From: an uncultured Acidobacteriota bacterium
Lineage (GTDB): Bacteria > Acidobacteriota > Vicinamibacteria > Vicinamibacterales > JAHECP01
DNA length: 64,000 nt
Direction of reading: 5' to 3'
Assembly (NCBI GenBank): GCA_963812185.1
Contig: CAWEUE010000003.1
Location: forward strand, 1,610,512 to 1,674,511
In this document: piece by piece, positions 43,291-53,977 of the stretch
How positions within the stretch are numbered: position 1 is the stretch's first letter
Layout: every line of letters starts with the position of its first letter
Position numbers and translations under genes: made by a program
Notes under the pieces: model-generated
Seen by the model: the letters and a program-made list of their open reading frames with translations, nothing else
Told to the model about the DNA's origin: nothing
Databases searched by the model: none

Positions 43291-44900
43291 GTGATCGCCG
43301 CACCGGCCTGCACCTTCACCCCGGCGAGCTGGATCCGCACGGTCGTCCCGTGCCCGGGCTGGCTCTGGACGTCGAGCTTGCCGCCGTGCCGCTCGACGAT
43401 CCCGTAGACGACCGACAGGCCGAGCCCCGTCCCCATTTCCTTCGTCGTGAAGAACGGGTCGAGGATCTTCGGCAGGACCTCCGCCGGGATGCCCCCGCCG
43501 GTATCGGCCATGTCGACGAGCACCGTCTCACCGTCGCTCGACGGCCAGATCGTGACCGACAGCACGCCCCCCTGTTGCATGGCGTCGCAGGCGTTCAGCG
43601 CGATGTTCAGGAACGCCTGCCGCAGCTGGCCCGCGTCGCCGCGGACCGGCGGCGCCGGGCCGTAGCGCTTCTCGATCCGCACGTTCTGCAGGCCGGTCTG
43701 GTGCGCGAGCAGCTGCAGCGCCTCGTCCATGACCGCCTGCACCGACACGTCCTGGATCGCGAGCGGGCGCTGGCGCGCGAACTCGAGCAGGCTCCGGACG
43801 ATGGCCGTGCAACGCTCGGTTTCGCGCTCGACGAGCCGGAGCTGGCGCACCGCGTTGGTCTGCGTCTTCGCGTCGCAGTCGCGCGACTCGAGCATGCGGA
43901 TCAGCAGCTTGGCGTAGGTCAGGATGCCCGAGAGCGGATTGTTGATCTCGTGCGCCACCGACGCCGCGAGCCGGCCGAGCGACGAGAGCTTCTCCGACTG
44001 CACGAGCTGCGCCTGGGCGCGCCGCAGCTCCTCGGTGCGCGCGTCGACCAGGTGCTCGAGGTTCTCCATGACGTGGCCCAGCTTGTCCTGCGCCTCGTCC
44101 AGCGAGTCCGCCATCTTGTTGAACGACTCGGCCAGCAGCCCGATCTCGTCGAGCCGCCGCACCCGCAGGTGGGTCGACAGGTCCCCGGTCGCGATGCGCT
44201 GCGTCCCGTTCACCACCTCGTTGACCGGCTGCACGACGAAGCGCCGCTCGAAGTACCACACGAGCGTCGCGAGCGCCAGCACCGCGAGCACCGTGAGGCC
44301 GATCGTGTTCCGCCGCAGCCCCGCCATGGCCGCGTCCACCTCGGCCAGCGACATCCCGATGTCCACCACGCCCAGCACCGACTGCGACGCCGGGTGCACG
44401 TGGCACCCCGCGTTCGAGCAGCCCGGCTCGTTGTAGATGGGCGTCACCATGCCGAGCACCTGGTGGTCGCCCCGCTGGTAGGTGCGGCGGCGCGACGTGA
44501 TCGTCAGCCGCTGCAGCGGCTGGTTCGCGGCGTGGCACGCGTAGCAGGACTCGGCTTTCTTGTCCACGAGCGTGCCGATCTCGCTCCGGTCGGTCGAGAA
44601 CGTGATGCGCCCTTCCTTGTTGAAGATGCGCACCTTCTCGATGCCCTCCTGACGCCCGATCGTGTCCATGATCAGATAGGCGTCGTCACGGCGATCGGTC
44701 AGCATGTCGTGGTACGTGCTGCTCTTGATGGTCTCGCTGAAGAGCGCCGCGCCCCGCTCGACCTGATCGAGGAGCTGCCGCTCGTGCGCGCGCGCCGCGG
44801 CCCACGCGAACGCGCCGATCGTGCCCGTCGTGATGACGATGATCACGGCCGTCAGGCGGACGCTGAGGCGGCTCCAGAACGGCACGAAGGGCGTGGGCAT
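43287..44900 (-). CDS. sensor histidine kinase (TM, periplasmic domain with CxxCH, TM, HAMP, HisKA, HATPase_c)
   Basis: TM1 is [22 protein letters not shown]. The periplasmic loop contains CYACH and CSNAGCH. TM2 is [21 protein letters not shown] is followed by H-box [14 protein letters not shown]-box [18 protein letters not shown] and [11 protein letters not shown]. Confidence 0.85.
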   Translation of the reverse strand: MPTPFVPFWSRLSVRLTAVIIVITTGTIGAFAWAAARAHERQLLDQVERGAALFSETIKSSTYHDMLTDRRDDAYLIMDTIGRQEGIEKVRIFNKEGRITFSTDRSEIGTLVDKKAESCYACHAANQPLQRLTITSRRRTYQRGDHQVLGMVTPIYNEPGCSNAGCHVHPASQSVLGVVDIGMSLAEVDAAMAGLRRNTIGLTVLAVLALATLVWYFERRFVVQPVNEVVNGTQRIATGDLSTHLRVRRLDEIGLLAESFNKMADSLDEAQDKLGHVMENLEHLVDARTEELRRAQAQLVQSEKLSSLGRLAASVAHEINNPLSGILTYAKLLIRMLESRDCDAKTQTNAVRQLRLVERETERCTAIVRSLLEFARQRPLAIQDVSVQAVMDEALQLLAHQTGLQNVRIEKRYGPAPPVRGDAGQLRQAFLNIALNACDAMQQGGVLSVTIWPSSDGETVLVDMADTGGGIPAEVLPKILDPFFTTKEMGTGLGLSVVYGIVERHGGKLDVQSQPGHGTTVRIQLAGVKVQAGAAIT

Positions 44901-45273
44901 CTCTCACTCCGGGGGGCTTCGCCCCTGCGGACCCCCCTACGCGCTCACTCGCGGGGACCCCACGATCCCCGCTCCGTTCGCGCGCGGCGCGCCTGAAGGC
45001 GCGCCGGGCAGCCCAGGTCGCAGACCTCGACCGCCAGCCACGGCCTGTGCAATTTGCGAGCCGCCGCGCGCCGGCCAGAAGTCCTTTGGAATGGTAGCGT
45101 TACACGGCGAAGGCCGACCCGGTGCGGCCGCCAGTGGGCGCCTTGCCGGGTTTCTGGCAGGCCGGGCCGCCGACTCTCCGGCGCCCCATTTCGACCGCCG
45201 GCCAACCCCTCCGGCACGTCTACCGTCTAACGGTATATCGTTGACCGGTCCATTGGGGACCCGAGGACGCCAC

Positions 45274-45657
45274 ATGCCGACCGAACGCCGACCCGCCGGG
45301 GACCACCTGCCCCTCAGCATCCCCGTGTTCCAGATCCTGCTGTCGCTCGCCGACCGGGACCTGCACGGCTACGCCATCATCCAGGACATCCGGCAGCGGA
45401 CGCGCGACGAGGTCCGCCTGACCGCCAGCACGCTGTACGACGCCGTCAAGCGGCTGCTCGCCGCGGGCCTGATCGAGGAGCTCGACGAGCGGCCCGACCC
45501 GGCGCTCGACGACGCGCGCCGCCGCTACTACCGCGTGACCGCGTACGGCCGCGAGGTCGCGCGCCTCGAGGCGGCGCGCCTCGAGCGGCTGACCGCGCAG
45601 GCCCGGGAGCAGCTGCTCCGGCCGCGGGTGGCCGGCGGCGAGGGGCCACGGCGATGA
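45274..45657 (+). CDS. PadR-family transcriptional regulator
   Basis: PVFQILLSLADRDLHGYAIIQDIRQRT...STLYDAVKRLLAAGLIEE...RRRYYRVTAYGREV. Its stop overlaps the ADOP start (ATGA). Confidence 0.85.
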   Translation: MPTERRPAGDHLPLSIPVFQILLSLADRDLHGYAIIQDIRQRTRDEVRLTASTLYDAVKRLLAAGLIEELDERPDPALDDARRRYYRVTAYGREVARLEAARLERLTAQAREQLLRPRVAGGEGPRR

Positions 45658-48348
45658 CGCCCGCGCCGCGCCTCTACCGTCTCGCGCTGCGCCTGCTCCC
45701 CCGCGCGTTCCGGCGCGCGCACGGCGCCGCGATGGCGCAGGCCCACGCCGATCTGACGCGGGACGCGCGTGCGCGCGGCGGCCGGATCGGCGCCCTCGCC
45801 TACGCCCTGCGCGAGTACCGCGAGCTGGTGCGTCTCGCCTGGCGCGAGCGCCGCCCGGCGCGCGCGGCCGTCCCCGCGCGCCAGGACGGCTCCGGGCGGC
45901 GGGGCCCGTCGCTCGACGCCCTCGCGCGCGACGTGCGTCACGCGGTCCGCGGGCTCGCGGCCGCCCCCGGCTTCACGGCCGTCGCCGTGCTCACGCTCGC
46001 CCTCGGCATCGGCGCCGCCGCCGCCATCTTCTCCATCGTCGACGGCGTCGTGCTGCGGCCGCTGGCGTTCCCCCAGCCGGACCGCCTCGTGACGATCTGG
46101 GAGACCAGCCAGGCGTCCGGCCACCGCATGCGCGTGCCGCCGGGCAGCTACGCCGACTGGCGCGCGCAGGGCGACGCCTTCCAGAGCCTCGGGATGTTCG
46201 GGGCGATGGTGCTGACGGTCACGGGCGACGGCGAGCCGGAGCAGATCTTCGGCGCGCAGGTGGACGGCGGCTACTTCCCCACGCTCGGCGTCGTCCCGAT
46301 CGCGGGCCGCGGCATCACCGCGTCCGACGCGCGCGAGGGCGGCCCCAACGTCGTCGTGCTGTCGTACGGATTGTGGCAGCGCCGGTTCGGCGGCCGTGCG
46401 GACGCCGTCGGACAAACGGTGCGCCTCGACGGCCGTCCGTACGAGATCGTGGGCGTCATGCCGCCCGGCCTCTATCCCACCTGGCCGGCGACGGTGGGCG
46501 GTCTCGCGCTCGAGCCGCGCTACGGCCAGTACCTGGGTGCCGATGCGGCTCGGCGCGTTCGGCGGCAACCGCACGGCGCACGTGTTCGGCGTGGTCGGGC
46601 GGCTGAAGGCCGGCACGAGCCTCGGGCAGGCGCAGGCGTCGATGGACACGGAGGCGGCGCGGCTGGCCGCTTCATATCCCAAGGCTTACGAGGGTGAGGG
46701 CGTCCTGGTCACGCGGCTCGCCGACGAGGTGACCGGCGCCGTGCGCCCCGCGCTCGTCCTGCTGCTCGCGGCCGTGGGAATGCTCCTGCTGATCGGCTGC
46801 GCCAACCTGGCGACGCTGTCGCTGGCGCGCGCGAGCGCCCGCGCCCGCGACCTGGCGGTGCAGGCGGCGCTCGGCGCGACGCGCGCCCGGATCGCGCGCG
46901 GGCTGCTCGTCGAGAGCGTCCTCGTCGCGCTCGCGGGCGGCGCCCTGGGCACGGCGGCCGCCGCCGCTGGCCTCGACGCGCTCGTCTCGTGGGTGCCCGC
47001 CAGCGTGCCGCGCCTCGACGCCGTCGCGGTGAACGGCCCGGTGCTCGCCTTCGCGGTCGGCGTCTCGGCGCTCACGGCGCTCGTGTTCGGCACGCTGCCC
47101 GCGCTCGGCGCCTCGCGCCTCGACATGCAGGAGGCGCTCCGGCAGGAGGGCCGAAGCGGCACCGCGTCGCGTGGCCGGGGACGGGCGCGCCGCGTCCTGG
47201 TCGCCGTCGAGATCGCGCTCGCGTGCGTGCTCGTCGTCGGCGCCGGCCTGCTCGGCCGCAGCTTCGCGCGCCTCGCCGCCGTGGACGGGGGCTTCGATCC
47301 GGAGGGCGTGCTCGTCGCCGAGCTCAGCCTGCCGCGCGACGCGTCACGGGAGGTCCAGGCGACGACCCAGCGCGCGCTCCTGGATCGGCTGCGCGCGCTC
47401 CCCGGCGTCGAGTCCGCCGCGCTCGCGTACGACGATCCGCTCTCGGCCACGTGGAGCGACGCCTTCGCCATTCCCGGGCGTGACCTGAAGGACGAGGGAG
47501 GCGCCTGGCAGCGGATCGTCAGCGCCGGCTACCTGCGCACCGTGCGCGTCCCGATTCGCCGGGGACGCGGCTTCACCGCCGCCGACGACGAGGCGCACCC
47601 GCGGGTGGTTCTGGTGAACGAGGCGTTCGCGCGGCGCTACTTCCCCGACGCGGATCCCGTCGGCCGGCGGATGATCGTGCCGGCGCCCACGCGGCCGGGG
47701 CCGCCCGAGCCGCACGAGATCGTCGGGGTGGTCGGCGACGTGCGGTTCCTCGGGCCGGCCGTCGCGGCCGAGCCGGCCTTCTACCTGCCGATCGCGCAGT
47801 TCCCGCAGGCCGACCTGAAGGTGCTGGTGCGGGCGTCCGGCGATCCCCTCGGTCTCGTGCCAGCGGTGCGCGCCGCCGTGCACGCCGTCGATCCGGCGCT
47901 GCCCCTCGGCCGCGTGACGACGCTGGCGGCGCTCGCGGCGGGATCCGTGGCGCAGCCGCGCTTCACGGCCGTGCTCGTGGGCGTCTTCGGCGCGATGGCG
48001 TTCCTGCTGGCGGCGCTCGGCATTTATGGGCTGCTCGCCTACACCGTCAGCCAGCGCCGGCGGGAGATCGGCCTGCGTCTGGCGCTCGGCGCCCAGCCGC
48101 GCGACGTGACGCGCCTCGTCGTCGGCGACGGCCTGGCCGTCACGCTGGCGGGCGTCGCGGCCGGCCTCGCCGCAGCGGCGGTGCTGACGCGCTTCGTGCG
48201 AAGCCTGCTGTTCCAGGTCTCGCCTATCGACCCGGTCGCGTTCCTCGGCGCCGCGGCCGCGCTCGCGGCGGTCGCCCTCGTCGCGAGCTGGGCGCCGCTC
48301 CGGCGGGCCGGGCGGATCGATCCCATCAGGGTGCTGCGGCAGGAGTGA
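45654..48348 (+). pseudogene. ADOP-family duplicated FtsX permease with N-terminal PadR-associated prefix domain, +1 frameshift at 46532-46533
   Basis: Frame 1 gives MTPAPRLYRLALRLLPRAF...FTAVAVLTLALGIGAAAAIFS...EPRYGQY. Frame 2 continues WVPMRLGAFGGNRTAHVFGVVGRLKAG...ASWAPLRRAGRIDPIRVLRQE. Removing one C from AGTACCT joins them. Confidence 0.8.
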
Positions 48349-48360
48349 GCCGGCGCGGCG

Positions 48361-49293
48361 TCACTTCTTCTTCAGGGCGGCCAGGTCGAACACGTCGAGG
48401 TCGTCGCCGTAGATCAGCCGCCCCTTGTAGCGGCTCCGCACCTCGGCGAGAAGCTGCGCCTTCGTCGCGCTCCAGCGCAGCTCGTGCGTGAGGATGAGCG
48501 TGGGGACGCCCGCCCGCGCCGCGATCTCGCCCACCTTCCAGCCCGGCGTGTGGTACGCCGCGTGGTACTTCTGCCACGCCGCGTCGCGCTTCTTCCAGCC
48601 GTCGGTCGAGTAGACCTCGTGGATCAGCACGTCGGCGCCCTTCGCCACGTCCACCATCCCGTCGAACGGCCCCGTGTCCCCCGAGACGACGATGACGCCG
48701 TCCGGCGTGGTGAACTTGTAGCCGTAGGCGTGCGGCCACGCGCCGTGGGGCACGGCGAACGCCTCGACGGTCACGTTGGCGTCCTTGTACACGACGCCGG
48801 GCGAGACCTCGTGCACGTCGACCTTGTAGCCCTCCGCGTTGATCGGCTCGCCGCCGTGCAGGCGGATGTCGATGTCCTCCCGGTACGCCTCGAGGATGTG
48901 CGTGGTCATCGCCGCGAGGCCGGGCGGGCCGTAGGCCTGGAGCGGCACGTCGCGGTCGAGCACCCACGGCGTGAGGATCAGATCGGGGTAGCCGAGGGTG
49001 TGGTCCGAGTGCAGGTGGGTGACGAACAGATGATCCAGGTTCGAGGCCCGCAGGGCCGTGACGCCCTTCTCCTCGGCCGCGGCCGCCGCGCGGCGCACGA
49101 CGCCCGTGCCGGCGTCCACCAGGTACGGCGTGTCGCCCACGACGATGGCCGTCGCGGGCCCCATGCGGTCGGGCGTCGCGTTGGGCGTGCCCGTGCCGAG
49201 CAGCACGATGCGGGTGCGCGGCGCCGGGCCCGCGCCGAGCGCGAGCGCGGAAACCGACAGCGCGAGGAGGCGGTATCCGAGTCGTCGAGTCAT
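48361..49293 (-). CDS. secreted MBL-fold metallo-hydrolase
   Basis: ATG at 49293 gives MTRRLGYRLLALSVSALALGAGPAP (signal). VLLGTGTPNATPDRMGPATAIVVGDTPYLVDAGTG, FVTHLHSDHTLG, VVSGDTG and LTHE follow. The track shows it as the tail of a 1220-aa open frame. Confidence 0.8.
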   Translation of the reverse strand: MTRRLGYRLLALSVSALALGAGPAPRTRIVLLGTGTPNATPDRMGPATAIVVGDTPYLVDAGTGVVRRAAAAAEEKGVTALRASNLDHLFVTHLHSDHTLGYPDLILTPWVLDRDVPLQAYGPPGLAAMTTHILEAYREDIDIRLHGGEPINAEGYKVDVHEVSPGVVYKDANVTVEAFAVPHGAWPHAYGYKFTTPDGVIVVSGDTGPFDGMVDVAKGADVLIHEVYSTDGWKKRDAAWQKYHAAYHTPGWKVGEIAARAGVPTLILTHELRWSATKAQLLAEVRSRYKGRLIYGDDLDVFDLAALKKK

Positions 49294-49439
49294 GCGAATC
49301 CTGGCCTCGTGTACGTAGCGCAGGGCTTCCGCCTTCGCCAAGGCTACGGCGGACTCGCCATAGCTCGAAGAGCGGAGGCGGTCAGCTCTGCGCCACCCGT
49401 CGGGCCGGCTGAAGCCGGCCCCCACGTACGTTCGGACGT

Positions 49440-52023
49440 CTACACCGGTTCGAACAGCCGCACGCGCCTGAGCGCGAGAATCCGCCAGCCACAGCACGGC
49501 GGCGAGCGACGCCAGGTACGGCCAGAGCGGCGTGGACGTCGGCGCGCGGTCGCGGCCCACGTCGAACACGTCGGCCGGCTTCGGGTCGAACGCGCCGCCC
49601 GTGTCGCGGCTCACCTGCTGCAGCAGCGCCGTGTCGGGCGGGCGCAGGCGCAGCTCGTCGGCGCGAGGGACGACCAGGCGGCGCTCGACGGCGTCGGCGC
49701 CACCGCCGGCGCCGCGCAGGCGGAGCGTGTAGGTGCCGGGCTCGGCGGCCGGGACGACCGCGCGGTAGGCCCCGGGCGCCACCTGCGGCACCGGAACGGT
49801 CGCGCGGCCGGCCGACGGCGCGGTCACGTCGAGCTGGAGCGCCGCGCCGTTGCGCAGCGTTCCGTCCGCGGCCAGCAGGCTGACGTCCACGACGGCGCGG
49901 CCGCCGGCGCGCGTCACGCGCACGGCGGGCGTGCCCGGCGTGCCGTCGGGGTCGTCGCGCCGCAGGGTGGCGCGCACGACCTGCGTCCAGAACTTGCCGT
50001 AGCCGCTCCAGCCAATCCAGCTGCGCGCCCACCGGTCCTTGACGTCGGACGTGAACACGACGGCGCGGCCGAGGCCGTACTGCCAGCGCGCGAGCACCGG
50101 GTCGTGGTCCTCGCCGGTGACGAGGACGGCCTCCGCGGTGTCCTTCGTCTGCATGCGCGCGTAGCCGGCGAGCGCGGGCGCGGTGTCGAGGTCCACGCCG
50201 CGCAGCATCTCGACGTCCTTGCGGACGGTCGGCCGGAACGGCGCCTCGACGAACGTCGAGCGCAGCGCGCGCTCGGTCTCCTTGACGAAGATCTGCGGCA
50301 CGTCGGCCGGGTCGTCCACCGAGTACGCGCGGCCGCGCCCCCAGGTGGCGAGGTTCGCGAGCAGGTCCTTGTCGGCCTCCTCCCCCACGGCCACGCTCGA
50401 CACGGTGATCTTGTCGGCGACCATCTTCTTGACGAGCGTCTCGTACTCGTCCGGGTACGTGCGGCCGTCCGAGAGGATGAACACGTGCTTCACGCCGGCG
50501 CGCGTGTCCTTGAGCGCCTTGTAGGCGGCCTCGACGGCGGGAAAGAGGTTGGTGTGGCCGCTCGGCACGATGGCGCGGATCCGCCTGGCGATCTCCACGC
50601 GGTTGGCGGCCGGCTGCAGCGGCACCGCCCACTCGAAGCCGTCGTTGAACGTGATCACGCCGAGGCGGTGGCGGTCCGGCAGCACGTCGAGCGCCGCGCG
50701 CGCGGCCTCCTTGGCCAGCTCGATCTTCTCGCCCACCATGCTCCACGACTTGTCGAGCACGACGACCATGGCGAACTCGTCGGGCCGGTCCTTCATGCTG
50801 AACGTCGCCGGGAGCGCGCGCTCGATGGGCGTGCCGGCGTAGCCGTCCACACCGTACATCGACGCGCCGCCCGCCACCACGAGTCCGCCGCCCAGGTCGG
50901 CCACGTAGCGCTCGACGGCCGTCATCTGCGCGAGGTCCAGCGCCTGGCGCGGCACGTCGCTCAAGACGACCGCCGCGTAGGCGCGAAGCCCGTCGGCCGT
51001 CCGCGGCAGCCGTCCCGGCTGGCCGGCGTCGACGTCGAAGCCGCCCGCCTCGAGCGCGCGCGTGAGATAGGCGGCGCTCGTCGGCCGCCCCTCCACGTAC
51101 AGCACGCGCGGCCGGCCGGCCACGTCGACGGCCACCCGCGCGTGGTTGTTCGCCGGCTCGGGGTCTCCGTCGGTCACCAGCTCCACGTCGAAGATCCGGG
51201 CGCCCGGCCGCGCCAGCCGCGCGTCGAGGCTCACAGTCGTCGCGCCAGGCTCGAGGCTCACCGGCCGCGACGCGATCACCCGGCCGTCCTCCCGGAGCTC
51301 GACCACGCCGGCGCGGCCAATCTGGCTGTAGACCGTCACCTCGACGGCAAACGGCGCGTCGGCCACCGCCGCGGCCGGCGCCTGCACGCCGTCGATCCAG
51401 GCATCGCCGCGGAGCCGCTCGGCGAGCGGCACGGTGAAGACGCGCACGCCGTCGCGCTCGAGGCGCGCGACGCCGGCCTCCACGTCGCCCCCGGTCGGCC
51501 GGCCGTCGGTGAGCAGCACGAGGTGCTTCACGTGGCCCGGCGCGAAGCTCGCGAGCGCCGCCGTCATGGCGGCCTCGAGGTCGGTGTGCCGCCGATCGAG
51601 CGCGGGATCCCCGGCGTCGCGCGGCGGCGCCGACGCCGGTCCGGCGTCGGTCGCGAACGGTGCGAGGTCGCGCGTCGCCGGCTCCGCCCGCGCGGCGCCG
51701 CCGAACGCCAGCAGCCGCGCGGCGTCGGGAGCGCCCGCCCGGTTCGCCTCGTCGATCCACCGCGCGGCGGCCGCGACCGACTCGGGCGCCACGCTCTCCG
51801 ACACGTCCACGGCGTACACCACCGACAGCCGCCGGCTCGCGCGGTGCAGGACCGGCGCGGTGAGCGCCAGCGCGGCCAGCGCGATCACCAGCGCGCGCAC
51901 GGCGGCCTGAGCGCGGAGCTGCCGCCGGTTGAAGTTGGTGAAGGTGCGACGCGGCACCCACCACACCCACGGCACCAGCGCGAGCAGCACGAGCGGCCAG
52001 TACGTGGCGAAGCTGATAGACAT
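49440..52023 (-). CDS. Bat-operon large membrane protein with two VWA-like domains and a GATase1-like (DUF1355/ThuA-like) region; +1 frameshift 10 codons before the inferred stop
   Basis: MSISFATYWPLVLLALVPWVWW...VVYAVDVSESV (VWA 1)...VVVLDKSWSM...SGHTNL (VWA 2)...C-terminal TM PLWPYLASLAAVLWLAD. Removing one T from GATTCT (49477-49482) gives ...WLADLALRRVRLFEPV* with TAG at 49440-49442. As sequenced, the frame stays open into the MBL gene. Confidence 0.7.
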
Positions 52024-52047
52024 TTCAATGGTGCTGCAATACCTGTC

Positions 52048-52181
52048 GGTTCGGGGGTTCGGGGGTGCTCGGGTTCACAGGTTCTCCAGTTCCCGTGCCC
52101 GGGTTCGCCGGAGAACCCGAGAACCGGACAACCCAAGAACCCGAGAACCCGAGAACCCGAGCACCCCCGAACCCCCGAACC
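52048..52181. repeat. 29-bp perfect inverted repeat flanking an octamer (GAACCCGA) microsatellite
   Basis: The left arm ggttcgggggttcgggggtgctcgggttc (52048-52076) is the exact reverse complement of 52153-52181. The 76-nt spacer carries GGGTTCgccggaGAACCC and tandem gaacccga units. Confidence 0.85.
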
Positions 52182-52195
52182 CGCTTCCAAAAAGG

Positions 52196-53977
52196 CTACA
52201 GCGTCAGCCGCCTGTGAAACGTCCACCACTCGCCGGCCACGAGCACGAGCGCCACGGCCAGCATGATCGTCCAGAGCTCCCGGCCGCGCGGCGCGCCGGA
52301 TGGCGCCGCCGACGCGCGGCCCAGGGCCGATCGGTTGATGTCGACGGCGCCCGCGCCGGCCGGGCCCACGACAATCGGCTGCCGCTCCCCACCGCGGCGC
52401 GCAAGGTAGACGCCCGGACCGGGCGCGTCGAACACGGTGTCGCCGAGCACCTGCCGCGAGGCCACCGGCTCGCCCGACGCGGTCTCGACGACGGCGCCCG
52501 CCCAGGGCACGCGGACCACGCCGGCCTCGGCCGCGATTGCCGGGCGCGGCCGGCCGAGCCACGCGAGCGCGTTCTGGACGAACAGCGGGAAGCCCACCTG
52601 ATACGGAAAATCCGACGCCCGCAGGTCGAAGCCCACGACCACGCACCTGACGGGGCCCGAGGCGGCCACGACGAGCGGCGCGCCGCCGGCGGTGGCGACG
52701 GCCGCGACGTCCGACGCGGCGCCAGCCGGAATCACGAGCGCGGCGGTGCGGTCCACACGGATGTCGCTCGAGGCCACGTGCGCGGCGACCGGGTGCGGCC
52801 GCCACTCGACGGGGCCCGCCGGCGCCCCGTCGGCGCCGACGCCCACGACGGCCGCGAGCCACGGCGCCGGCGTCGGGTGGAAGAGGAGCGCCGGCGCGCC
52901 GGGCGCGGCGTCCGGCGCGAAGCGGTCGAAGACGTAGACGTCGGTGCCCGGCCTGGGCTCGAACCGCGCCGGACTGACCGTGGTGACGCTGAGCCCGCCG
53001 TCGAGCGCGAGCAGCGTCTCGAGCGGCCGGTTGCCGTCGGTCACGAGCACGACCTTCAGCGGATCGCGCGACGGCACCCACGCCCACGCGGTATCGTCGG
53101 CCGGGAACGCGTCGCCCTCGGCCTTCACGGACGCGTGGACCGGGCCGGTCGCCGACGGCGGAACGTTCCGCACCTCCACCCAGTCCGCTCCGGCCGCGAG
53201 ATCGACGGTCCGGGTCTCCCAGGTCGCCGCCGCGTCGCCCATCGTGATCGTGGCCCGCACGGCCCGGGCCGATCGGTTCGCCACCCGCAGGTAGGCCGCC
53301 CAGTTCCGCGAGCCGTCGCGCTCGGCGCGCACGCCGAACGCGGCGATGCCCACGTCGTCGGCCGGCTCGAACACCGAGACGCGCTCGGCGCTCTCCGGGC
53401 ACGGGTCCGGCGCGACGCCGTCGGTCACGAAGACGACGCGTCCGCCCGCGGGCGCGGCGGGCGCCGCGCGGCGATCCGCGGGCGCGGCGGCGAGACGGTC
53501 GAGGGCGGCAAGGACGTCCGTGCGCGGCGCGCCCGCGGGCGCGAGGACGGCGCCCGACGTGTCTGCGAGCGCCACGGGCACGCCCGGCGCGGCGGCGAGG
53601 ATCGCCTCGCGCGCGCGGTCCCGCGCGTGCGCGAGGCGCGTGCGGCCGTCGGCGGTGCGGGCCGCCATGCCCGGCGCCGTGTCCACCACGACGAGGAGCG
53701 GCGCCGCCTGCCCGCCGCGCGCGCCCGTGGCGGGCCGCGCCGGCGCCAGCGCGAGCAGCAGGCCGACGGCCAGGGCGATCGCGAGCGAGATCCACCGGCG
53801 CAGCCGCTCGACGATCGCCTGCGGCCGCTCCGCGTCCATCGCGCGGCGCCACAGCAGGAGCGACGGGACCGACACGCGCGGGTGCCGCAGCTTGAGGAAG
53901 AAGAGCCACGTGACGGCGCCGGCCACCGCCGCGCCGAGCGCGAGCGCCTGCCACGCGGCCAGCGAGAGGAACGTCAT
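52196..53977 (-). CDS. BatA-domain (aerotolerance regulator N-terminal) membrane protein
   Basis: MTFLSLAAWQALALGAAVAGAVTWLFFLKLRHPRVSVPSLLLW is a BatA_N-type N-terminus. A C-terminal TM is present (LWTIMLAVALVLVAGEWW). Its start overlaps the DUF58 stop. Confidence 0.75.
   Translation of the reverse strand: MTFLSLAAWQALALGAAVAGAVTWLFFLKLRHPRVSVPSLLLWRRAMDAERPQAIVERLRRWISLAIALAVGLLLALAPARPATGARGGQAAPLLVVVDTAPGMAARTADGRTRLAHARDRAREAILAAAPGVPVALADTSGAVLAPAGAPRTDVLAALDRLAAAPADRRAAPAAPAGGRVVFVTDGVAPDPCPESAERVSVFEPADDVGIAAFGVRAERDGSRNWAAYLRVANRSARAVRATITMGDAAATWETRTVDLAAGADWVEVRNVPPSATGPVHASVKAEGDAFPADDTAWAWVPSRDPLKVVLVTDGNRPLETLLALDGGLSVTTVSPARFEPRPGTDVYVFDRFAPDAAPGAPALLFHPTPAPWLAAVVGVGADGAPAGPVEWRPHPVAAHVASSDIRVDRTAALVIPAGAASDVAAVATAGGAPLVVAASGPVRCVVVGFDLRASDFPYQVGFPLFVQNALAWLGRPRPAIAAEAGVVRVPWAGAVVETASGEPVASRQVLGDTVFDAPGPGVYLARRGGERQPIVVGPAGAGAVDINRSALGRASAAPSGAPRGRELWTIMLAVALVLVAGEWWTFHRRLTL

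Noticed and set aside
52100-52185. A CRISPR array at the octamer repeats, or at the heptamer repeats at 59247-59302.
   Set aside because: The units are 7-8 nt and directly abutting, with no spacers. No cas genes are in the window. These are microsatellites, not CRISPR.
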